Shown: positions 37,560 through 47,480 of the stretch, one piece after another | Position numbering within the stretch: position 1 is the stretch's first letter | How the letters are laid out: every line of letters starts with the position of its first letter | Source of the DNA: Ginglymostoma cirratum | Taxonomy: Eukaryota | Length of the DNA: 64,000 nt | Assembly (NCBI GenBank): GCA_024137785.1 | Contig: JAHRHZ010000088.1 | Span: forward strand, 7,262,375 to 7,326,374 | Direction of reading: 5' to 3' | Notes under the pieces: model-generated | Databases searched by the model: none | What the model saw: the letters and a program-made list of their open reading frames with translations, nothing else | What the model was told of the DNA's origin: nothing | Program-made: the position numbers and the translations under genes

Positions 37560-39745
37560 TATGATAGAAGAAAGGTTTCTGATGAAGCAGCTGAAGACTG
37601 TTAGGCCCAGGACATTGTCCTGAAGCATTCTTGTGATGATACCCTGGTTTGAGATGACTGACCTCCTAAAACCACAGTTACTTTTAGGATAGAATCATAG
37701 AATCTCTACACTGTGGAAACAGGCCCTTTGGCCCAACAAGTCCACTCCAACACTTGGAGCATCCCACCCAGACCCACCCCCCTATAACCCACCTAAGCTA
37801 CACATCCCTGGACACTATGGGACAATTTAGCATGGCCAATCGACCTAACCTCCACATCTTTGGACTGGAGGAAACCGGAGCACCCGGAGGAAACCCACAC
37901 AGACAGTCACCTGAGAGTGGAATTGAATCCAGGTCCCTGGTGCTGTGAGGCAGCAGTGCTAACCACTGAGCCACCATGTCGCCCCAAAACATTGTGCTAG
38001 ACATGACTATAACGACTTGACAATTTCCCCTGATACTCACTGACTTCAATTTTTCCAGAACTTCTTGATGCCTCACTTGATCAAATGTTACTTTGATGTC
38101 AAGGACAGTCTCTCCCAACTCACTTCTGGAAATCATCTCCTTTCCCCTTGTTTAGACCAGATCTGTAATGGGGTCAGGAGCTGAGTAGCTTGTTGGAACC
38201 CAAACTCCACATCAGCTAGTTAATTATTGCAGTGTAACTGCTGTTTGATTATTGTGTTTGATGACACCTTCCACCACTCTGGTGATGATTGAGAGTAGAC
38301 TGACTGGATAGTATTTGACTGGATTTCACATGGGCACATTCCAATATCGTAGCTGAACTAGAACATCGTTTCAAGAGGTGGCACTGGTTCTGGAGCACCT
38401 GCTCAGCATGAAGGCCAAGATAGTATTGGGGTTTATAGCTTCTGCAGTCTCCAATGTCTTTTGGCTATTTCCTGCTTTCACCTAGGATGAATAAAATTGG
38501 TTGTTGACTCGCCTCTACGATGAGGGGTTCTCAAAACAAGATTGAGGTGGATCTTTCACTTGGTACTTCTGCCTGAAGATTGTTTCAAATGCTTATGTGT
38601 TGACTTCTGTTACCAGTGAAAATAGGATGTTTATTGAGTATCGTCTATCTTCTATTAGTTGTATAGCACCGCCATCCACTATCGGATGCAATGAGAGTGC
38701 AAACCCTTGATTGGGTTCACTGGTTGTGGAATTTCTTAGCATATTCCATAGCTTACTGTCTCCACAGTTTAGCATTCATTGGAGTCCTACATTGTTCCTA
38801 ACGAGGTTTGGACCTCACTTCTTGATGGACCTCGCGCTGATCCTTGCATGCTCTTCTGGATTCCCAATTAAACTAGTATTGATCCCCTAGCTTGATGGCC
38901 AGATATGCGTGATGGATATGTCAAACCATGAGGTTACAGATTACAGCAGGTCTGCAGGTCTATGCTCTTTGTGATGAACAATGCTTCATGATTTACTTCT
39001 ATTGTTTTTGTTAATAACTGCTGCAAGCCCAATCTGCCAGCTGTATCCTTCAGCGCTGATGTGGTTTGGCCTGTTGCAGCAATATCAAGCCATGATTGAT
39101 TATAGACACCGGAGCCTCTTCTCAGAATACATTCCTTGCTAGCCTCAGCACTTTGTCCAAGTGGTTTTCAACCCACTCAATATTTGAAGGGGAGATGAAC
39201 AATGACTATCAACAGGAGGTTCTCTTGCCCATGTTTGGATCGATGCCATTTGACTTCATGTGGTCAATGAGTCACTGTCAAGGGTCAAAGACATTCCTCT
39301 CCTCTCACCACTGCCAACCATATAATACTGTGCTATCACTTCCAGTAGATCTGTTCTACCAGTGAGCTGGAACATACTAGGGATACGGATGGAGGGGTAC
39401 ATGAATTTGGCTGTAAGGCATGATTCAGTGAGGATGACTATATCAGGCTGACGTTTGTCTAGTCTGTCAAATAGCTTTCTTATTCTTGGCACAAGTTCCC
39501 AAAAATTAATGCAGAGGTTCGACTGGTCAAAATATGTCTTTCTCAAGGCTGGTGCCTTAATCAAAGGGATATTATCATTCTGACTTTGTTGTTAAGTTTT
39601 CACATAGCTGTTTGATGCAACTAAGGGGTTTTGCTAGGCCATTTCAGACAACAGTTAAGAGCCAACCATATTGCTATGAATCCGAAGTCACATATAGGCA
39701 AGACATGGTAAGGGCAGTACATTTCTTTCTCTATTGTGAACCACT
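37560..39745 (-). mobile_element. Decayed CR1/L2-group LINE, 5' half (5' UTR, APE endonuclease, RT pieces)
   Basis: ORF 39256-39564 QPDIVILTES is an APE endonuclease N-terminus; LDIKVTFDQVRH..L.KL (RT) at 38030-38110; gtccTGGGCC QGS-LGP region near 37610. Confidence 0.8.
37690..37985 (-). mobile_element. HE1-type V-SINE inserted in LINE
   Basis: Reverse complement of the 17909 element; (atagaatc)n tail at 37689-37704. Confidence 0.92.
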
Positions 39746-39824
39746 TAAGATTTTCCAATCAAACACTAGTTTAATTGCTGATGCAAGCTGTTTATTCGAG
39801 ATTTTGGAGACGCGGAGATGTACT

Positions 39825-40143
39825 GGTATGTCACTTGATGAGCAATTCAGAACCTCACACTAATGTTCTGGGAACATGGGTTCAAATTCTATTGGATGGA
39901 TGGGGAAATTCAGATGCAATTTTCAAAGTCGGGGAAAATAAAGCTAGGCTATTGGTGACCAGACATTTCTTTTACAAAAAACCCATCTGGTTCACTAAGG
40001 TCATTTGGAAAAGGAAGTCTACCAATCTTACCTGTACTGGACTACACGTGACTCCAGACCCATAGCAATGTGGTTAGAGATGGGCAATAAATGCTGGCCT
40101 GGCCAGAGGCACCCAAATCCTATGAACCAATGATTAGAAAAAG
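39825..40143 (+). mobile_element. Meta-like tRNA SINE
   Basis: gggttcaaatt B box; acccatctggttcactaagg...gtgactccagacccatagcaatgtgg; tail aataaatgctggcctggcc. Confidence 0.85.
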
Positions 40144-40164
40144 AATTATTTAATAAACTGAATG

Positions 40165-40275
40165 TACTTAGGATTTAATTCCACCCAATTCTACAATGGG
40201 GTTTAAACTCACATCTTCACATAATTAATCCAGGTCTGTGGATTACTTCTCCAGTAACCAAATCACTATGCTACC
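40165..40275 (-). mobile_element. tRNA-like SINE head fragment
   Basis: Minus strand ggtagcatagtgatttggttactgg...gtgagtttaaacccc resembles the head of the 19570/54112 SINEs. Confidence 0.5.
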
Positions 40276-40430
40276 ATGTTTTTCTTGTGCATAGGCCTCC
40301 TGTTCCGCATTTCATTTTTGTTGTCTTGTGAGTATAGGTATAAATGCCTGTTTTCACTCCAACTTGAAAATAAGTCTGGGGAAGTTTCACTCAGCAAATG
40401 TTACATTGAAACTACATAATACAAGATCAC

Positions 40431-40559
40431 CTCCTGGATGTAGTCCACGAACTGTTGTTTTAATACTCTCGCTATCCACACAAAACCATTTTGTACAAAA
40501 GAGAACAGCATCGTGTAAAAGTGTATGTGCTCAAAACCCAAATAGGAATTGCACTGCCT
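40431..40559 (-). CDS. Candidate internal exon (129 nt, phase 0/0)
   Basis: Acceptor ttattttgacttttcag, moderate donor GAG|gtgatc; only frame 0 open: RQCNSYLGFEHIHFYTMLFSFVQNGFVWIARVLKQQFVDYIQE. Confidence 0.25.
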
Positions 40560-40978
40560 CTGAAAAGTCAAAATAAGATGATCTTCAATCAACAGCAATC
40601 TGCAAAACAATTACATTAGATTATAAGCAAACTGAAAACATCATTAAAAACTGAATCTGAATCAATATATTGGAAGCCTATATTGGGAGATTACCTACTT
40701 TTACATTGACGTATTGGTATGTATTAATAAATGAAGTGCTACATTCTTCAACTATATTCCATACAAAGGCATGTTTGTTATTCAAAGCATGATCTCCTTC
40801 GTGGTGCTGTCACAGTTTGATAACTTTTACACTAAAATTCTCAGCTAGATAGCAATGAAACTGACAACAGCATCCCCTATAGGAGACTCTGTCAGTAACT
40901 GACGATGTGAGAAAACTGATCAAAATCACTTTCACATTGTCCTTGTTCAAACCTCAATAGCATGTATTCATGAATTAC

Positions 40979-41089
40979 CTCTTCTGTTTGTTGGGTCCTT
41001 TTCACATAGACTGGCCGTTTAATGCAAAGTAATAGGTCGCTGCCCTCCAAATGTGGCTCATGCCATAACATATAATATAAAACACTGTG
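40979..41089 (-). CDS. Candidate internal exon (111 nt, phase 0/0)
   Basis: Acceptor ctgattatttacag, donor GAG|gtaatt; only frame 0 open: HSVLYYMLWHEPHLEGSDLLLCIKRPVYVKRTQQTEE. Confidence 0.3.
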
Positions 41090-42734
41090 CTGTAAATAAT
41101 CAGCAGGCCAGAAAATATTAATAGAGGGAGGATATTAGGACTAATATTTCTGGTCAATGACTTTTCACCAAAATGCGCAAGTATCAGGAGATACTTCAAT
41201 GAGGAGTAACAATGTAAGTGTTACTTCACTGTGCTTGTTCAAAACATAACAAGGGCCATTGACTTATGGTGAAGAACTGAACTAAATTAGAATGAGAGGT
41301 AATTTTATTCAGTGGAACTCCATGATTTTAATTGTTGTTGAATTTGGGGAAAGCAATTTTGCACAAATACAGTTAAGACTATTGGTTTACAGCAACTGAG
41401 CAAGTTCATTTTATCTACAGTTATTACTCATCCTGAGATTTCTACTGTTGGAATTTTATGCAATTATCAATGAAAATCTTGCCCACCAATATAACCAACA
41501 AAGCTGTACAAGAAATAAAATCTTCAACAAAATGATCTCTTCTGTCATGTGAAATGCAAGAAGACATATTCAGTTTATCAATAGTTCATTCATTGTCCCT
41601 TTTGATGACTCGGACAGGAAGTGGTTAACTCAAATACTGTGTCATTTGACAGTCCCCAGTGACCTAGCGAAATGAGCGTTGAAACTTACAATCAAAAAGA
41701 ATTGCTCAAAAGATTTTGCTCCCTGGAATCCTTTTTGTTTTTGTTTTGCCAATGGTGGTGTTTGTGTTTGTTGCAACAAAAAAAAAGTGATGTTCATTTG
41801 CAATAGTTTTTTTCATCTGACAGCACTGAAGTTCTTCTTTGAAAGCCAGTTTTGATAGAACTGGTTGCCTCCCTTGTCTGATTTATAAAGGAAATTCAGC
41901 CCTTGAGAGCCTGATTAATCTTAGGCAGAAATCACATCACAGAAATCAATGCATGCATAAAGCAACCGTGCTGTCCGGTGTGTCAATACAAATCAATCAA
42001 TCATCAAGGTACACAACTTCTTTTCCCCATTCTGCCTTGCACTTTGGCTGAGATTTTGGGCATTCTCAGCCTTGGTTTCACTTCCATTTTTGAAACACCC
42101 ACACACATACTCACTCTTCAGCAATTTCGGCTTCGAAAATGCGATATAACAACACCAGACATTACGTCCCTCCAAACTATTAAATCCCCCACATATGTGC
42201 TCTCATTTTGTTGACACACAGAAGGCAGTCAAGCTGAAGCACGTAAAATACAAAACCTTCTGCCAATGGCAAAGTGCAAATATTTACACATACATCCATA
42301 CACAGACAGGCATCTTTCAGCATAATGCAAAGGCCAAGCATTAGACGATTACAACCTACCGCCTTCCCTCAAATTGGAAGAAGCAACTAAATATAATGAG
42401 GCACAGCTATTCTATCGCTAGGGAACTTCAATGTCTATCATCAAATGCAATTTGGTTATACCATCACTAACTTTGCTGGCCAAATTCTCAAAGACGTCGT
42501 GGCCAAACTGGAATTATTGGTATCAAGAAAGCCAACATGATGAAATAAATTTTTTGGCTCCATTCTCTTTTATCTATCTTTAAGTCAAATGTAAACACTT
42601 ACAATATTGGTCGGAGTGATAGCTGCTTAGACTTTGTGAAACCATGTTATGTCTTCACAATGAGCACATTCTCTGTTGTATCACATGGAACTACAGTCAC
42701 ACAGATTTGAAAAGCTTAGAACAATTCTGATGAA

Positions 42735-43035
42735 GCCCATACTGCATCATGGATGCCCAGTGTTGAACTGATGAGTAAAACAAAGAACTGCAGATGCTGG
42801 AGACCTGAAACAAAAAATACAGAATTGCTGGTGAAACTCAACAGGATTGGCAGCATGTGTGTGAAAAAAAGCTTTAAACTCAAAAACTTGACTCTTTTGT
42901 TTGCACAGATGCTGCCAGATCTGCTGAGTTTTGCCAGCAATTTCAGTTGTGTTTTTGTTTCAGATCTCTAGCATCTGCAGTTCGTTGTTTCACTTGTCAA
43001 TTCAAAACTGGGCATCCATGAGGCAGAATGGACTA
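42735..43035. mobile_element. PLE-derived hairpin with inverted symmetry extending into the flanks
   Basis: Arms 42778-42870 and 42893-42992; outer ~45 bp also inverted (catggatgcccagt / actgggcatccatg). Confidence 0.85.
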
Positions 43036-43291
43036 TGAACAGCAGCAGAATGCCCTTAGCAGTAACCTTGTGGCCCAGCATGTACTTCATTCACAAAACC
43101 ATTGAGCCAGGTAACCAAAGTGTTTAGAAGAGCTGATGCCAATGTGCCAGTTCATTGAAGATATATGACAGAACTAAATGTATAAAGAAAAGTATGAGCA
43201 CACTGACACAGAAATGGCTGTGGGTTCCAGTAATATTTTGACTGTAGTGCTGAAAATCTGTGCTCTAGAAAGAAACGTGATCCAAACTAAG

Positions 43292-43510
43292 TTAACAAGA
43301 TGTGGAGCTAGATGAACACAGCAGGCCAGGCAACATCAGAGAAGCCGGAAAGCTGATGTTTCAGGTCTGGACCCGTCATACATTCTGAAGAAGGGTCCAG
43401 AACTGAAACATCAGCTTTCCTGCTCCTCTGATGCTGCTTGGCCTGCTGTGTTCATCCAGCTCCACACCTTGTTATCTCAGACTCCAGCATCGGTAGTTCC
43501 TACTATCTCT
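43292..43510. mobile_element. PLE-derived hairpin element (family B) inside a LINE remnant
   Basis: Inverted arms; + core CTGAAGA-A-GGGTC-CA-GAACT-GAAAC-ATC at 43385-43412; 12-bp direct repeat atccaaactaag at 43280 and 43521. Confidence 0.88.
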
Positions 43511-43549
43511 GAGTGAGACAATCCAAACTAAGATGTTTCATGGCTTGAA

Positions 43550-43745
43550 CATACAACACCACTCCTTCATTATCACTGGATTCATAACTTGTAACTTCCC
43601 ACCTAATGATATTCTGGGATTACCTTCAATTTAGGCATCAGTAGTTCAAGAAATTATCCTGCTACCAGCCTCTTGAGAGCAACTAACTGTCAGCAATAAA
43701 TGCTGGTCTCAGCAGTGATGGTCACAACCCAAAGAATGAATTTAA
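43550..43745 (+). mobile_element. LINE 3' end (tail shared with the Meta-like SINE)
   Basis: gcaataaatgctggtctcagcagtgatgg...aagaatgaat. Confidence 0.7.
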
Positions 43746-44467
43746 AAATTGTGATTATGGAACAAGAGTATCACATAGGCCGCCTTCAAAAATAATTTAC
43801 CACACAGGTGATTCAAGTTCAAAAATGGAATTGGAGGAATGTGTTCTTAGCCAGAGCTTAGACTACATTCACAGTGCTTCCAAATTAACTAAGTGAATTT
43901 TTATCTTGAGTTACTTTGGTTCAGCCACAGAACTATTCAATGAGTTTCTCAGAGCTTTCTCTTCTGCTGCCCTTTTAAGGATACCACAATTTTATTTAAA
44001 ATCATGTTTTATTCAGTTGTTAATTTCCTGTACCTTTGAACTTCTGATACAGTCATAATTCATAAGGTAGTGACATTAATATTTTAACTTTTAAAATATG
44101 TTGGTAAAGTGAACTCAGATTTTGCTTAAATTCTGGTCGTAGCTAACAAATAGATTTATAATATGCTCACAATGCCTGAAAAGTGCTTTCAGAGTACACT
44201 CAGCTCCAGTTTAGAACTTAAAACAGAATCAACTGTTGAGGTGGGGTGACTGTTCAATTAGAAGTTGAGTTACACATTTAGCTGCTGATTGAGATTTTAC
44301 TGAATTGAACATTTTAAACTACAATAGCTGACGTTGAGAGCTTTCTAAATATATTTTTCTTGTATGGCATTATCATGCAGACAGATATGTGGTTGATTGT
44401 TTGAAGCGGAAGTGAATCAAATGGCTGTTGCTCAAAATACTGTGATCAGTCTGTCACATTGGGTCAA

Positions 44468-44704
44468 GAACAAAGTTGCTGCAAAAGCTCAGCAGATCTG
44501 GCAGCAGTTGTGAAGGGAAAAACAGAGTTAACATTTTGGGTCCGGTGACCCTCCGTCAGAAGGGTCTGAAGGTTCTGAGGAAGGGTCACCGACCCGAAAC
44601 ATTCACTCTGTTTTTTCCTTCACAGATGCTGCCTGACCTGCTGAGGTTTTCCAGCAACTTTGTTTTTGTCCCTGATTTACAGCATCCGCAGTTCTTTCAG
44701 TTTT
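44468..44704. mobile_element. PLE-derived hairpin element (family A) with 16-bp TSD
   Basis: Inverted arms; + core CTGAGGA-A-GGGTC-ACC-GACCC-GAAAC at 44575-44600; tgtcacRttgggtcaa at 44452-44467 and 44705-44720. Confidence 0.92.
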
Positions 44705-45723
44705 TGTCACGTTGGGTCAATTGCTTAGCAGGAGCATTTTGACTTTAGTATAAAACATAATGTCTTGTCTTCTACACAAAACAAAATGTAGTAACATTGC
44801 AAAATAAAGAAAAATATCAGTTATCTCAATTCACATAATGTTGTAGTAATGTGGTAAATAGCACATAAGGTAACTTTGACTCTTTTTGTAGAGCAGGCAA
44901 CATCATATCAACATTACACTGTTGAGGATTTCAGGGTAGTTGAGCTATATCAAACTTACAAACATATTTGTGAATCCATCCACCCACGTTCCAAAACAAA
45001 TGGCGGCATTCAAAACGGGCATAGCCATAGTTTTTTTATGTTGTCATACTACAACTCAGTATGACCCATACACTCATTCTTGATACTTGATGGATGGATG
45101 ACTGCTCTACACCAATAGACCAAAAAAAGGCTTGAAGTAAATCAGCAGCAATTCTTTCATCAGACTAGTTGTTATCTTCCATCGGGAAATGTTGCTAAGA
45201 CTTTCGAGTCAAAATTGAGTAAAACAGTGAGTCTAGGAAAATTGTTTTGGAAATTTTAATAGAAAGAAGATACATACAGTAAAAAAAATTCTAATTTGCT
45301 ATTTTCATTGTTCACGATTTCACATGGCTGGAAGTACAAACCAATTTTATGTCCAATGTGTAGAGAAAATAGTAACTGGGCACTTTTCATTGTCTAAAAA
45401 TATATGAACATCTGGGATTGTGCAGAAAACAGAAATCTTAGTGTCAGCTCCTGCATATTGGTTTCCAACTGGGTACATGCCTTTCCTCCATGAAGGTGAA
45501 GCAGGGGAGGCTGAATGATGGTAGCAAGGCAATCATTATTTTAGTACAGTTTCAGAAACTCCATAAATGTCCATTGTCTTCTCTACAAAAAGTCTTTTTC
45601 CCTGTGCAAATGGCACCCAACTCCTTATACAATGTATGCACTAGACTTGCTTTTATGATTGCTAACTGTGTAAGGTAAGAATAATAAAGTTGACAGCTAT
45701 TGACAGAAATAGGTTACACTTAC

Positions 45724-45777
45724 CTGACAGAAATATTCCCTCATCTGATATTCATTTAAGTGGAATGGGCTATACAA
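45724..45777 (-). CDS. Candidate internal exon (54 nt, phase 0/0)
   Basis: Long pyrimidine tract ...cacctttttcaaaccattattctag, consensus donor CAG|gtaagt; only frame 0 open: LYSPFHLNEYQMREYFCQ. Confidence 0.35.
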
Positions 45778-46302
45778 CTAGAATAATGGTTTGAAAAAGG
45801 TGAAAAAAAAACCTCTCCTTTGATATAGCTCTTTTAAAGTAGCTGCATCCTGCATCACACAGCTAGGAATGTACTGCAGTCCTTAAAGGGATAATGCTAA
45901 ACTAGTGCTATGTGTCACTTGGGGATAATCTGCGAGGAGATTTTATTCTTTAAATAAAATATAGCAAACTACTGAGGAAAACAAAAAGAGAGCGTCTCGT
46001 GACCCTGAATCTTCTGTGAATCCAAAACCAGGTGCAGATGTGTGATTGACGTAAGAAAAATGCGAGATCTGCTACAACCACAGCAATAGTTTGATGTAAA
46101 TTTGACAAGTTGTCACCTGCATTACCTCCTCAAACCTTCTGCACCTCCAAAAGAGAAATAACATTACATCCCTGTCATCCTATCTTTTGCATTAAATAAT
46201 CTGTTCATTAAAGTAAGGATATTTGAGATGAAAATGTTATCTTCAACATTACAATTTAGGTGGAAAATGCAGTTGGATAACATAAAGTAATACATTTTAA
46301 TC

Positions 46303-46645
46303 ATTCATTGATTCCCTACAGTGCAGAAGCAGGCCATTCGGCCCATTGAGTTCATGCAGACCTTCCCAAGACCATCTCACCCAGACCCATCCCATTTTTG
46401 TAACCCTGCAATTCCCATGGCTAATCCACCTAGCCCACACATCCGTGGACACTATGGATAATTTAGCATGACTAATTCACCTAACCTGCATAACTTTGAT
46501 CCGTGGGAGAGAAATAGAGCACCTGAAGGGGATCCATGCAGACGCAGGGAGAATGTACAAACTGCACACAGTCAGTTGCCCGAAATCAAACCGGTCCCTG
46601 GAGCTGTGAGGCAGCAGTGCTGTGCACTGAGCCACCATGCTGTCT
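46303..46645 (-). mobile_element. HE1-type V-SINE
   Basis: ccctggagctgtgaggcagcagtgc...cactgagccaccatg head and antisense V domain. Confidence 0.9.
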
Positions 46646-46879
46646 CTTACAGTAACACTTGGCAGTAACACTTCAGAAATGAAATCTAGTTTACACAGGA
46701 ACTTTTAATACACAAATTCATTATTAAGGAAGGACTGAAAATTAGTAAGGTTATTTAAAAAAACACAAACGGGTTTCTTTGTGTTACATGCTCAGGAATT
46801 GCACACAAAACATGGAGATAATGCTGACCTTTGTTCAAAAGGTCATGTGTACACTTTCCAGTAACTCGAGATATAAAAG

Positions 46880-47480
46880 CAATAGAATTAAGAAAGCATA
46901 AATGCACGATTAAGTTATGAAAGTTGAGAGGTTTCTGTTTAGAAGAAAAACTTGAGAAATTTAAACTTTTCTATTAGAATTGAGAAGCAATGGCTTCTTA
47001 ATAGTCTTCAGGGCAATGAGGTAATACATTAAGATAACTAGTTTCTACCAGTTGTGAAATGGTAGCAAGACGACAGTAAATGAAGATAAACATTAAAGGA
47101 ATTAGAGACATGCAGACTGTCATTTGAATTTTCTAGTATATATGGAGGAATTCTGCTTGAATTGAAACAATTTATGAAGCAAAAAGGTCTTATTAAACAT
47201 GTCTGCAAGGAATATTTTGTGACTGCTCTGTTTCCCATAGAAATCAATGAGAAAACTTGAGGTTTTTAGCAACAATATAATGATGATGTAGCAGTATCAA
47301 TAGAATCCAATGGGGCAATTGCATACAGGGAGCTGCAGCAGAAACTGTTCCAAGATGTTCACATGTTATAGACTCCGATGAAGTCCTGCTAAATAATCTC
47401 ATCAATTAAATTGTTCAATAGATGAAAAGATTTCAAATTATAGGAAAGCTAAGGGACAGTGTCCAAATTCAAAGATGTTT
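46880..47480 (+). mobile_element. Very decayed CR1 3' remnants
   Basis: gattaagttatga...aaactttt, ataggaaagctaagggac...caaattc residual motifs. Confidence 0.35.
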
